From Verrucomicrobiota bacterium (GTDB lineage: Bacteria; Verrucomicrobiota; Verrucomicrobiia; Limisphaerales; JADLHS01): DNA of 64,000 nucleotides. Both the position numbers and the translations under genes were made by a program. Location: the NCBI GenBank assembly GCA_039806955.1, contig JBDHQI010000015.1:33437-97436 (forward strand). Direction: 5' to 3'. Shown here piece after piece: positions 27,518 to 37,243 of the stretch. Every line of letters starts with the position of its first letter. Position 1 is the first letter of the stretch. The notes under the pieces are model-generated. The model was not told the origin of the DNA and ran no database searches. It worked only from the letters and a program-made list of their open reading frames with translations.

Positions 27518-28498
27518 TCAAGGCACCGGTACCGCGTTGAATACCTTCTTGATGATCGCATCGGTCGTCACCGCTTGCGCCTCGGCTTCGTAGGTCAGGA
27601 TGATGCGATGGCGCAACACGTCCGGGCCGATGCTCTTTACGTCCTCGGGCGTGACGTAGGTGCGGCCTTGCAACAACGCCCACGCTTTGGCGGCGAGCGT
27701 CAGGAAGATGGTCGCCCGCGGTGACGCGCCAAACTGGATGTAATGCTTCACGTCCAGTTTGTATTTTTCCGGCCGCCGCGTGGCGAACACAACCTGCACG
27801 ATGTAATCGCGCACTTTATCGTCCACATGAATTTGATCCACGAGTTTGCGCGCCTTGAGTATTTCGTCGAGGCCGACCACAGGTTTGACCGGCGTCTCGG
27901 GCGAAGTGAAGGCCATGCGATCCAGGATTTTTCGCTCTTCAGCTTCCGAAGGGTAATCAAGGATCACCTTGAACATGAAGCGGTCCACCTGCGCTTCGGG
28001 TAGCGGATACGTGCCTTCCTGATCAATCGGATTTTCCGTCGCGAGCACCAGGAACGGCGCCGGCAACGGCATAGTTTCGCCCCCGAGTGTCACCTGACGT
28101 TCCTGCATGGCTTCGAGCAGGGCGGACTGGACTTTGGCTGGCGCGCGATTGATTTCGTCGGCGAGCAGGAAGTTGGCGAACACCGGGCCACGCGTGGCGT
28201 GGTATTTCCCGTCCTGCGGACTGTAAATCAGCGTGCCCACGATATCGGCGGGCAGAAGGTCGGGCGTGAATTGGATGCGGCGGAAACTGGCCTGCACCGC
28301 CGCCGCGAGCGTGCGGACGGAAAGGGTTTTTGCCAGTCCGGGGACGCCTTCGAGCAAGACGTGTCCATTCGCCAGCAAGCCCACCAGCAGGCGATCCACC
28401 AACTGTTCCTGACCGACGATTACCCCGGCGATTTCCGTCCGGAGTTGTTTCACCCATGTGGCGACCGCCTGCGCCGGTTCGTGCAATGAAGAATTCAT
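27518..28498 (-). CDS. MoxR-family AAA+ ATPase
   Basis: ATG 28498 gives MNSSLHEP... Walker A HVLLEGVPGLAKT, RIQFTPDLLPADIVG, Walker B NFLLADEINRAPAKVQSALLEAMQE, ATENPIDQEGTYPLPEAQVDRF. The upstream 149 codons of track ORF 27518..28945 look non-coding. Confidence 0.9.
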   Translation of the reverse strand: MNSSLHEPAQAVATWVKQLRTEIAGVIVGQEQLVDRLLVGLLANGHVLLEGVPGLAKTLSVRTLAAAVQASFRRIQFTPDLLPADIVGTLIYSPQDGKYHATRGPVFANFLLADEINRAPAKVQSALLEAMQERQVTLGGETMPLPAPFLVLATENPIDQEGTYPLPEAQVDRFMFKVILDYPSEAEERKILDRMAFTSPETPVKPVVGLDEILKARKLVDQIHVDDKVRDYIVQVVFATRRPEKYKLDVKHYIQFGASPRATIFLTLAAKAWALLQGRTYVTPEDVKSIGPDVLRHRIILTYEAEAQAVTTDAIIKKVFNAVPVP

Positions 28499-28714
28499 CC
28501 GCAGCACTTTAGAGGGCGAGCCGCACTGACTCAAGCGCCGGAAACACCAACTCCACGTCGCGACCGGGAAAAGACACGCGGCTTGCCCGGTTTCAGGACA
28601 CTCTGAGCGCGGGATGACGAACCGTGCGTGTGAAAATTTGCGACGAAACCGCCACTTCGTTTTCTTCGCTGCCGCCGGGAAAATGGGCACGACACCTGCG
28701 TCGAAGCGCCGGTT

Positions 28715-30193
28715 ATGGAGAAGTTGTACATTGCTTGCGAGCTGGGGGCACGCACGAGTCGGGTCATGTTGGGCTCCTTGGAACATAACACTCTCAAGCT
28801 CGGCGAACTGGCGCGTTTTGACAGTCCAATTCTGGAAGACAAAAAGGCGTTGCAGTGGAATATCCCGGAATTCTTTAACTACATTCTGCGCAGTCTGCTT
28901 GAAGTGGGCACGCAGGACGCGGATATCCACAGCATCAGTTGCCATTCGTGGGGCGCGGATTATCTCCTCTTTGACCGGCGCGAAACTCTCCTATCGCCCG
29001 TCTATCACCACTTGGATTCGCGCACGGAGAAAAACCGGGCGGCGGCCCTGCGGCACATTACTCCGGAAACCATTTATACCGAAACCAACTCTCCTCCCGA
29101 CCCGCGGGCCACGCTGTTTCAACTGCAAACCGAATTGCCCAAACGGCTGAAACAAAGCGAGGTTCTATTGCTGGTGGCCGATGCGTTCAATCATTTACTT
29201 GGCGGGATTGCCTGCGCAGAAATGTCCCTGGCCAGCACGACACAATTATACACGCCGGTCAGCAAAACGTGGTCGCGCCGCTTGATCAACGACTTGCGTT
29301 TGCCCGGCCAGTTGTTTCCCGCGATTGTTCCGGCGGGCACCCGCCTGGGCGAATTAAAACCGGAAATCGCGCGCCAAACCCGGCTGGAAGGCACACAAGT
29401 CATCGCCACCAATTCGCATGAACTGGCGGCGTCATTGTCGAGTCTGCCGCTGAATCACGGCAGCGATTGGGCTTACGTGAAGATTGGTTCGGAAACCTTG
29501 ATCGGCACCCAAATCAATGACCCCATCACCACCCCCGGCGATCAGGCCCGGCTCTACTCACATGCAACCTGCCTCGGTGGCACGACGAATCTTTACCGCC
29601 AACTTATCGGCCTTTCCATCTTCGACGCCTGTCGCAAATTCTGGCTCGAACGCGATCGCGAACTGTGCGACGATGTGTTGATGCATCTGGCCACGACCTC
29701 GCCCGCTTTTGAGGTGTTGATTGATCCAATGGATCCGCGCTTCGCCACGTCGGAAGACATGCCATTGAAGATTCAGGCTTATTGCCGGGAAACGGGTCAG
29801 GAAATTCCCCGCAAACCCGGACAAATCATCCGTTGCTTGCTGGAAAGCCTCGCACTGGCTTATCGCAAGGCCTTTCACGAACTCGAGGTGCTGACCGGGC
29901 GGAAGTTCGCCCGTATTTATCTTTTCGGCGCGGGAGAAAACACCCTGTTAAATCATTTCATCGTCAATGCGTTTCAAGTCCCGGCGATCATCGCTTCGCC
30001 CGATGCGGCGGCGGTTGGCAACGTCATCGTGCAGGCGTTGACGCTGCGGCACATTCCCTCCCTGGAAGCCGCGCATGAAATTCTTCGCAGCTCCTATAAA
30101 ATCCAGGCAATTATTCCACACGAAGTGGACTGGGATACCCCGGCGCTCCGCCAATCCGAGCTGGCGGCGGCAACGGTGCTGGCGAACGCCTGA
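28715..30193 (+). CDS. FGGY-family carbohydrate kinase (rhamnulokinase-like)
   Basis: The N-terminal ATPase fold motif YIACELGARTSRVMLG, the ~490-aa length and the C-terminal GAGENTLLNHF segment are typical of FGGY kinases. The substrate is not determinable. Confidence 0.65.
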   Translation: MEKLYIACELGARTSRVMLGSLEHNTLKLGELARFDSPILEDKKALQWNIPEFFNYILRSLLEVGTQDADIHSISCHSWGADYLLFDRRETLLSPVYHHLDSRTEKNRAAALRHITPETIYTETNSPPDPRATLFQLQTELPKRLKQSEVLLLVADAFNHLLGGIACAEMSLASTTQLYTPVSKTWSRRLINDLRLPGQLFPAIVPAGTRLGELKPEIARQTRLEGTQVIATNSHELAASLSSLPLNHGSDWAYVKIGSETLIGTQINDPITTPGDQARLYSHATCLGGTTNLYRQLIGLSIFDACRKFWLERDRELCDDVLMHLATTSPAFEVLIDPMDPRFATSEDMPLKIQAYCRETGQEIPRKPGQIIRCLLESLALAYRKAFHELEVLTGRKFARIYLFGAGENTLLNHFIVNAFQVPAIIASPDAAAVGNVIVQALTLRHIPSLEAAHEILRSSYKIQAIIPHEVDWDTPALRQSELAAATVLANA

Positions 30194-30201
30194 CCCGCGG
30201 C

Positions 30202-31728
30202 TCACCCCCACAACTGCCGATCCAACGAACGCAGTTGAATGGCTTCGCTGACGTGATCAGTGGAGATTGGGGCCGCGCCCGCCAAATCGGCAATGGTGCG
30301 CGCCACCTTCAAAATCCGATCGTACGCCCGCGCGCTGAGATTGTATTCCGCCATGGCCATTTGCAGCAGTTCCTTCGTCGTTTCATCCAATCGGCAAAAC
30401 TCCTTGATCTCCCGCGTCGCCATGCGCGCGTTGCAGGTGATTCCGTTTTTACGGATGAAGCGTTGCTGTTGAATTTCGCGGGCGGCTACCACCCGGGTCC
30501 GAATTTGCGCCGAGGTTTCACCGCTGCGCTCGCCGGTCATTTCGCGAAACTTAACCGGCGGCACTTCGACGTGGATATCAATCCGATCCAACAGCGGACC
30601 GGAAATGCGACCCAGATAATTTTGAATTTCGCGCGGTGAACTCCGGCTCTCATGCGGCATCTTGCCATCTGGCGTAGGATTCATCGCCGCCACCAGCATG
30701 AATTGGCTGGGAAAAGTCATCACGCCTGCCGCCCGGGAAATCGTCACGCGTCCTTCTTCCAACGGTTGCCGCAATGTTTCCAACACGCTCCGTTTGAATT
30801 CGGGCAGTTCATCCAAAAACAACACGCCGTGATGTGCCAGGGAGATTTCGCCGGGGGTCGGATTAATGTTACCCCCCAACAGACCGGCGTCGCTCGCGGT
30901 GTGATGCGGCGCACGGAACGGTCGTCGCGTCAGCAATCCTTCTCCGGTCGGCAACAAACCTACGATGCTGTGAATCTTGGTCGCCTCCAACGCTTCCGCC
31001 AGCGTCAACGGCGGCAAAATGGTCGCCAGTCGTTTGGCCAGCATGGACTTGCCCGTGCCCGGCGGACCAATCAGCAGCACGTTATGACCGCCCGCCGCCG
31101 CGATTTCCAGCGCGCGCTTGACCGATTCCTGTCCCTTCACCTCGGCAAAGTCCACGTCGTCATCACGAGGTTGATCGAAAACATCCCGTAGATTTACTCG
31201 CACCGGCTTGAGGGTGATCAAGCCTTCGAGAAAATTGGTGGCTTCACGCAAATTCTGAATCGGGATGACCTGTAACCCCGTCACCACGGCGGCTTCCGCG
31301 GCGTTCTCCATCGGCACCAACACGCCCGCCTTGCCTTCCTGTTGCGCGCGAAGGGCGATCGGCAAAACCCCCTTGCAGGGCCGCACCGCGCCAGTCAACG
31401 CCAGCTCGCCCACGCACATGAAATTATCCAACTGATCCGTCTCGATCTGCTCGCTGGCGGCCAACATTCCAAGCGCAATCGGCAGATCGAAACTCGGACC
31501 TTCCTTGCGCACGCTGGCGGGTGCCAGATTGATCGTGGTTCGACCATAGGAAACTTTGAAGCCGGAACTGGTCAGCGCCGTGGTGACGCGGTCTTGCGAT
31601 TCTCGCACGGCCGCATCCGGCAGACCCACAATCACAATGCGTGTATCCCCAAATCCGGCACTGACTTCCACTTCGACGGGGAAGGCTTCAATGCCGTTGA
31701 CGGCGGCGGACCAAACCCGGGCTAACAT
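30202..31728 (-). CDS. comM: YifB/ComM family Mg-chelatase-like AAA+ ATPase
   Basis: [22 protein letters not shown] (Lon-like N-domain), Walker [33 protein letters not shown], and the C-terminal ...[17 protein letters not shown]. Confidence 0.9.
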   Translation of the reverse strand: MLARVWSAAVNGIEAFPVEVEVSAGFGDTRIVIVGLPDAAVRESQDRVTTALTSSGFKVSYGRTTINLAPASVRKEGPSFDLPIALGMLAASEQIETDQLDNFMCVGELALTGAVRPCKGVLPIALRAQQEGKAGVLVPMENAAEAAVVTGLQVIPIQNLREATNFLEGLITLKPVRVNLRDVFDQPRDDDVDFAEVKGQESVKRALEIAAAGGHNVLLIGPPGTGKSMLAKRLATILPPLTLAEALEATKIHSIVGLLPTGEGLLTRRPFRAPHHTASDAGLLGGNINPTPGEISLAHHGVLFLDELPEFKRSVLETLRQPLEEGRVTISRAAGVMTFPSQFMLVAAMNPTPDGKMPHESRSSPREIQNYLGRISGPLLDRIDIHVEVPPVKFREMTGERSGETSAQIRTRVVAAREIQQQRFIRKNGITCNARMATREIKEFCRLDETTKELLQMAMAEYNLSARAYDRILKVARTIADLAGAAPISTDHVSEAIQLRSLDRQLWG

Positions 31729-31824
31729 ACGCCGCATCTTCCCGAACCGCGTCGGGAAGCGCAACCGCATTTTCCCGCAGTTCGGCGCCGGCTGGCTCAA
31801 ATCCTGGAAGCGTGCCGCCTCGGA

Positions 31825-32109
31825 TCACGTTGCAGCACTGCGTTTCAAATGTACAATTGTCGCGCCCCACCCACCGCAGGATTCATTTGCCAGATGAAAT
31901 TCCGCGACGTGTGGATGGCGCCGCAACAGATGATGGACCGTCTGGCGCAGTTGCCCCGTGCCCTTGCCGTGGATGATGCGCACACGAAAAATGCCGCGCC
32001 CCAGACATTCCGCCAGATAATCCGGCACCAGGGATTTCACTTCGCGAGGTTGAAACGTGTGCAGGTCCAACACCCCGTCAATCGGCAGTTGCAGCGGTTC
32101 GTCGTCCAC
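31825..32109 (-). CDS. Smr domain protein
   Basis: LDLHTF...ECLGRGIFRVRIIHGKGTGQLRQTVHHLLRRHPHV is characteristic of small MutS-related (Smr) domains. Confidence 0.8.
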   Translation of the reverse strand: MDDEPLQLPIDGVLDLHTFQPREVKSLVPDYLAECLGRGIFRVRIIHGKGTGQLRQTVHHLLRRHPHVAEFHLANESCGGWGATIVHLKRSAAT

Positions 32110-32238
32110 CCCGCCACCTTACTAAGCCGCGCCGGTATTGCACCCGTAATTCTTGGCACGGGTGGCGGTCGCGTTTTCAGAATCCGCCTGGAATTACCTC
32201 GCGCTTGCGTGGCGGGACATCTCCGCCAAACTGGATTG

Positions 32239-33498
32239 GTGAAGGTCGAATTGATCAATACCGGCAGCGAATTACTGCTGGGGCAGGTGCTCAACACGCA
32301 CCAACAATGGTTGGGACGACGATTGGTCGGGCTCGGTTATATCATCTCCCATCAAGTCGCCGTGCCGGATACTGCCGCGGAAATTGAAATGGCCGTGAAA
32401 GCAGCTTTGACCCGCGCCGATCTGATCATCACCACCGGCGGATTGGGTCCCACCTCGGATGATCTCACCCGAGAATTGATCGCGCGGCTGCTGGGCCGGA
32501 AACTTTACGAAGATGTTGCCATCCTTCAGCACCTTCAGAGTTTCTTCGCGCAGCGCCAGCGCCCCTTGCCCGCCAGCACGCGCGTGCAAGCGCTGGTTCC
32601 GGAAGGCGCCACGGTCCTGCCCAATCTTCATGGCACGGCCCCTGGCCTGGCGCTCAAACTCGCGCCGCTGCCGCAACATCCCGCGCGCTGGCTCATCATG
32701 CTGCCCGGACCGCCCCGCGAGTTGCATCCCATGTTTGATCTTTCCGTGGTGCCGCTGTTGCAACGGGAGTTGCCCTCGGCAGCCGGCTTTGTTTGTCACA
32801 CGTTGCGCACGGTGGGGCTGGGTGAGTCGCAGGTTGCCGAACGCATTGATGCGCGATTGCAAACGGCCATCGCTCAAGGTTTGGAACTGGGTTACTGCGC
32901 GCACATCGGCGCCGTGGATGTGCGGTTTATCGCCAGAGGCGCAACCGCGAATGAGCTGGTTCGCGCCGCCGAGGCCATTGTTCACGAGGAATTACGCGGT
33001 CACATTTTCACCGCGGCGGACGAAAGCCTGGAAGCGGTCATTGTGCGTTTGTTGACCGAGCGACGCCAAACCCTGGCGCTCGCCGAATCTTGTACCGGCG
33101 GCGGTTTGGCAAACCGCATCACCAACGTACCTGGTGCTTCGGCGGTATTGCTCGCCAGCCTCGTCACCTATGCCAACATTGCGAAGCGGAAATTTCTCGG
33201 CGTGCGCGACGCGTCGTTGCAGACCTACGGCGCGGTTAGTGAAGTCGTGGCGCGGGAGATGGCCGAAGGCGCGCGCCGCGAGACGGGCGCGGATTATGCC
33301 CTGTCGGTTACCGGGATTGCGGGACCGGGCGGCGGCAGTGCGGCCAAACCAGTCGGGACGGTGTTTGTCGGCTTTGCTTCCGCATCGGAAAATTTCGTCC
33401 GGCAGCAATTCAATCCGTTCGACCGCGAAACCTTCAAACAAGTGACCGGCACGCAAGCCTTGGAAATTTTGCGCCGGAAGATTCTGCAACTGGAATAG
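32239..33498 (+). CDS. cinA: CinA family protein (MoCF-binding N-domain + nicotinamide-nucleotide amidohydrolase PncC domain)
   Basis: GTG 32239 (or TTG 32236) gives VKVELINTGSELLLGQVLNTHQQWL, then ITTGGLGPTSDDLT. C-terminal CinA domain: LALAESCTGGGLANRITNVPGAS ... ALSVTGIAGPGGG. The upstream part of track ORF 31849..33498 is antisense to the Smr gene. Confidence 0.88.
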   Translation: MKVELINTGSELLLGQVLNTHQQWLGRRLVGLGYIISHQVAVPDTAAEIEMAVKAALTRADLIITTGGLGPTSDDLTRELIARLLGRKLYEDVAILQHLQSFFAQRQRPLPASTRVQALVPEGATVLPNLHGTAPGLALKLAPLPQHPARWLIMLPGPPRELHPMFDLSVVPLLQRELPSAAGFVCHTLRTVGLGESQVAERIDARLQTAIAQGLELGYCAHIGAVDVRFIARGATANELVRAAEAIVHEELRGHIFTAADESLEAVIVRLLTERRQTLALAESCTGGGLANRITNVPGASAVLLASLVTYANIAKRKFLGVRDASLQTYGAVSEVVAREMAEGARRETGADYALSVTGIAGPGGGSAAKPVGTVFVGFASASENFVRQQFNPFDRETFKQVTGTQALEILRRKILQLE

Positions 33499-33676
33499 AA
33501 GCGTCGCCGGCCCAATGCACCCGCATCTTGAAGTGCGGTGACACGCGCCGTCCATGACATTCCTAATCTCAGCCTCACTAAATTCATCGATGAAGCCCAA
33601 GTGACGAAGGATGGCCGAGAGGAACCTCAACAATCATTCCCTCTTCCAGAACGACATTTGTGTCCGTTGTTCCGCA

Positions 33677-34039
33677 TCACACCAAGCGGCGGCGTTCGTT
33701 TAGCATCAGACCATAGCGAAACTTGTTCCCACGCGAGGTGGTGACAAGAATATGCGATCGGGCTGAAAACTCAGTGAACCCACCAGCCTCAAGAATCGCT
33801 TCCAGCAAAGTGGTCCCTTGTGGCAGCTCAAAAACGCCGGGCTGAATAACTTGGCCGCTAACCCGGACGGTTATCGTTTTACTCGGATCAAGATCATTGG
33901 TGCGCAGCGCACGATACGTCTGCTCGGGACCAAACCTCGAGGCCAACATTTTAAGTGTCTTGGTTGACTTCGTCTGCAAGGCGGACTGACATCCGGCGCA
34001 TAATGCCAGCCCGATCAAAAGGGCAATGATGGCTTTCAT
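33677..34039 (-). CDS. Lipoprotein with SLBB (soluble-ligand-binding beta-grasp) like domain
   Basis: Lipobox LALCAGC. ITVRVSGQVIQPGVFELPQGTTLLEAILEAGGFTEFS resembles the polysaccharide-export / SLBB fold motif. Confidence 0.6.
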   Translation of the reverse strand: MKAIIALLIGLALCAGCQSALQTKSTKTLKMLASRFGPEQTYRALRTNDLDPSKTITVRVSGQVIQPGVFELPQGTTLLEAILEAGGFTEFSARSHILVTTSRGNKFRYGLMLNERRRLV

Positions 34040-34078
34040 GTTGTGGTGAAACTTGGACTTTCGATCCCGCCAATGTGT

Positions 34079-34741
34079 TCAATAACAAAAAATCGTCAGC
34101 TTTTTCGGGCCGTGCGCGCCGAGCACCAGGATGCGTTCGATGTCGCCCGTTCGGCTCGCGCCGGTGATGAAGGAAATCATGCTGGGGTATTGATCCCCAA
34201 ATCTTTTCTGTACCAACTGCATGGCCGCTGGTAAATCCGGCACCATTTGCTCGCGGCGCGCGAGTACCACATGATGCGGCGGCAGACAGGTCAATGCCCG
34301 GCCGCCGGCGGTGCGACTGGTTACCAGTACCGTGCCGGTCTGCGCCACCAAGGCGTCACATTCCGTGATCCCGACATCGCACTGCTCCAGCTCATGTTTT
34401 TCGCTGTTTTCCTCGGTAATCATCAAGGGCAATCCCAGACTCCGCGCCTGCGGCTCGGCCAGTGAGCCGCGGTGCGTCGCCACGCGCTGCCACTTTTCCG
34501 AGTCTCGCAGCGCGCGCAGTTCCGCCGTCACTTCGCCCAAATCCTTGGCGCGTTTGAAGGTGGCGCGCAGGTCGGTCGCGTTCTTCGCGAACAGCTCGAA
34601 TAACTCCGATTCGGATTTTCCAACCGGCGGCATGACGTGCCGTTGTTCTTCGATGGTGGGTAACCCACGACCGTGCCGCGCGGGCGCTTGCAACTTCAAC
34701 GCCTCTTTGAGGCGGGCGAAAATGTTATCGCGTTCACTCAT
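34079..34741 (-). CDS. lutC: LUD-domain lactate utilization protein C
   Basis: ATG 34741 gives MSERDNIFARLKEAL... The LUD-domain C-terminus is VGITECDALVAQTGTVLV ... LPPHHVVL ... ISFITGASRTGDIE. It overlaps the lutB stop by 8 nt. Confidence 0.8.
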   Translation of the reverse strand: MSERDNIFARLKEALKLQAPARHGRGLPTIEEQRHVMPPVGKSESELFELFAKNATDLRATFKRAKDLGEVTAELRALRDSEKWQRVATHRGSLAEPQARSLGLPLMITEENSEKHELEQCDVGITECDALVAQTGTVLVTSRTAGGRALTCLPPHHVVLARREQMVPDLPAAMQLVQKRFGDQYPSMISFITGASRTGDIERILVLGAHGPKKLTIFCY

Positions 34742-36146
34742 GCGCGCCTTGTTCTTTCCACCACTCGCGAAAGCTCTGCCGGGCGAGGGGCGGCAAATCA
34801 CGGGTCTTGGTCCAGGCGCGCATCGGGTCCAGCACCCCGCCTTTCACCGGACCATGAAAGACCTGCGCGAAACGTCCGAGTTTGGTGGTCAGTTTCCAGA
34901 GCCTGGGACGCGCGGCGATGGCGCCGTAAATTTTGAAAAGCTGTCGCTGCGTCCAGCTCGGTTTGCCAGTCTTGGGCGCGGATGCGTTGCGCCGGTTGCG
35001 CAGCAAATGATGATGGATGTCAATGCCCACCGGACACGTTTCGGTACAGGCGCCGCACAGCGAGGACGCGTAGCTGAGATGTTTCCAATCCTGCAGGTCG
35101 CGCAAGTGCGGGGTGATCACCGAACCGATCGGCCCGCCATAGACCGTGCCGTAAGTGTGGCCGCCGACATTGCGATAAACCGGGCAAACATTCAGACACG
35201 CGCCGCAGCGGATACAGCCCAGCGCATCACGTTGCTCGACATCGGCCAGCACCAATGTCCGGCGGTTGTCCAGCAGCACCACATGGAACTCCTCCGGCCC
35301 GTCCGCCTCATCGGCCTGGCGCGGGCCGCCATACATCGTGTTGTAACAGGTCAACGCCTGCCCGGTGCCCATGACCGCCAGCATCGGAAGAAACAACGCC
35401 AGATCCTCGTAACGTGGCAGAACTTTCTCGATGCCCAGCAACGTGATCATCGTTTTAGGTAACGCCGCCGTGAGTCGCGCGTTGCCTTCGTTCTCAGTGA
35501 TGGAAATCATTCCCGTCTCAGCAATGGCGTAATTGGCCCCGGTGATGCCGACGTCGGCTTGAATGTATTTCTTCCGCAGTTGTCGGCGGGCCACCATCGT
35601 CAACTCCTCTGGATCATTTGAAGGCGCATCATGCAGTTTTTTCTCGAAGACGTCCTTGATCTCGTCGCGCGTCAGGTGCATCGCGGGGAAGACCAGATGA
35701 TACGGCGGCTCGCCACGTAATTGCACAATGAACTCGCCCAGGTCCGATTCCACCACCTCGACACCCGCCCGTTCCAGCGCGCCATTAAGGTGGATTTCCT
35801 CAGAGGTCATGGATTTCGACTTCACGACGACCTTGGCGTTCTTTGCCTTCAGAATATCGAGGATGATTACACACGCCTGCGCGCTGGTGCTGGCCCAATG
35901 CACTTTCGTGCCGCGCGCTTCGAGCTGCTGGGTGAAGCGGGTGAGATGCGCGTCCAGTCCATTGACCGCCTCGTATTTGGTCCGCGCCGCGAGGGTTCGC
36001 GCGCCTTCCCAATCTTGAAACCAGCGCTTCCGTTGGTCGCGCACCACTTCGTATTTGCCCATCGCGGTCTGGATGGTGGCGCGATGGCGCAAATCTGCGG
36101 CCATGCGTTTCGCGTCCGCTTTGAATTGAGCGGCCGGGGCGCTCAT
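34734..36146 (-). CDS. lutB: Lactate utilization protein B (4Fe-4S, LUD domain)
   Basis: Two ferredoxin-type clusters (CIRCGACLNVCP, CGACTETCP) and a LUD domain. ATG 36146 overlaps the lutA stop in an ATGA junction. Confidence 0.85.
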   Translation of the reverse strand: MSAPAAQFKADAKRMAADLRHRATIQTAMGKYEVVRDQRKRWFQDWEGARTLAARTKYEAVNGLDAHLTRFTQQLEARGTKVHWASTSAQACVIILDILKAKNAKVVVKSKSMTSEEIHLNGALERAGVEVVESDLGEFIVQLRGEPPYHLVFPAMHLTRDEIKDVFEKKLHDAPSNDPEELTMVARRQLRKKYIQADVGITGANYAIAETGMISITENEGNARLTAALPKTMITLLGIEKVLPRYEDLALFLPMLAVMGTGQALTCYNTMYGGPRQADEADGPEEFHVVLLDNRRTLVLADVEQRDALGCIRCGACLNVCPVYRNVGGHTYGTVYGGPIGSVITPHLRDLQDWKHLSYASSLCGACTETCPVGIDIHHHLLRNRRNASAPKTGKPSWTQRQLFKIYGAIAARPRLWKLTTKLGRFAQVFHGPVKGGVLDPMRAWTKTRDLPPLARQSFREWWKEQGAHE

Positions 36147-36862
36147 GTTTGTGCCAGCACCTCCGCCAAATGCAGGGTCTTGATGGGTTTGCGTTGTCGG
36201 TCTGCCAGACCTTGAATCTGCATCAGGCAACTGGAATCACATGAAACCACGTATTCCGCCTGGGTGTCCAGGGCGCTGGCGCATTTCACCTCCGCCATGG
36301 CGGTGGAGATTGCCGGAAACTTCACTGAAAAGGTCCCGCCAAAACCGCAGCAGATTTCCGCTGCGCCCATTTCGACCAACTCCAGCCCCTGCACCTTGGC
36401 GAGCAATTCGCGTGGAGGTCGTTTGTTATGCAGTTCGCGCAATCCGTGGCAACCATCGTGAAAGGTGACCTTGTGCGGAAACCGCGCGCCCACATCGGTC
36501 ACCCCCAGTTTGTTGACCAGAAAACTGGAAAACTCCCACACCTTGGGCGCGAATTCCCGGGTCAGGGCGGCATGTTCCGTTTTTGTGAACAACTCCTGGT
36601 AAAACACCTTCATCATCGCGCTGCACGAACCGCTCAGGACGACGATTGCCTCCGCCTCCCGCAGCGTTTGCATGACTTGCAACGGGAGGTCGCGACATTC
36701 ATTGCCCCAGTAACCGGTATTGAACGCCGGCTGCCCGCAACACGCCGGTCCCTCGGGCACAACCACCCGGTGCCCCAACCGTTCGAACAGGCGCACCGCA
36801 CTGATCGCCACCTGTGGAAACAGCAAATCCACAAAGCATGGAACGAACAAGGTAACGGTCAT
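36143..36862 (-). CDS. lutA: Lactate utilization protein A (CCG-domain Fe-S oxidoreductase)
   Basis: ATG 36862 gives MTVTLFVPCFVDLLFPQ. Two CCG motifs are present: PACCGQPAFNTGY and EICCGFGGTFSVKF. Confidence 0.85.
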   Translation of the reverse strand: MTVTLFVPCFVDLLFPQVAISAVRLFERLGHRVVVPEGPACCGQPAFNTGYWGNECRDLPLQVMQTLREAEAIVVLSGSCSAMMKVFYQELFTKTEHAALTREFAPKVWEFSSFLVNKLGVTDVGARFPHKVTFHDGCHGLRELHNKRPPRELLAKVQGLELVEMGAAEICCGFGGTFSVKFPAISTAMAEVKCASALDTQAEYVVSCDSSCLMQIQGLADRQRKPIKTLHLAEVLAQT

Positions 36863-37243
36863 GGCAACCTCATCATGCGCCTCTTGGCCAGGATTTCGAG
36901 AAGATTTTCCAGATGACAGACTTGAAGGGGGCAATTGGGGCCACCCCGACATTCTCAAGGAATGTCATGTGAATGATTGTGGGCAGCAGTCTGCGGAAAA
37001 AGGACCATGGAGGTTCGGCTTCTATGGAGTCGCAATCAGGATGGCGTCGCCATCGTGTGTTTCATCCGAAACCATTTGCGTTCGACGAACTTGAGGCAAC
37101 GTGCTTTTTTCTGGGAATTATAATTACTCTTGACGGTCTGTGAAGTTGCTGTTGGAATCACTCCAGTTTCAAGTCATAACGCGCGCTGGTTCTGGGCGGG
37201 CCGAATGCTTGGGGTAAAAAATCAAACTTAATCCACTAAAACC

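Noticed and set aside
28499-28945. 149-codon N-terminal extension of the MoxR ORF, and the 1137..1613, 2156..2239, 31849..32238, 36863..36958, 36147..36230 and 34742..34801 extensions of other track ORFs
   Set aside because: The conserved protein families start at the internal ATG/GTG. The extensions overlap neighbouring genes or have non-protein-like composition. Operon junctions (ATGA or 8-nt overlaps) support the shorter starts.
34311-35462. 383-aa plus-strand ORF over lutC/lutB, and 35721..36215 and 36428..36916 over lutB/lutA
   Set aside because: They are antisense to the lutABC operon, whose CCG, 4Fe-4S and LUD motifs are unambiguous.
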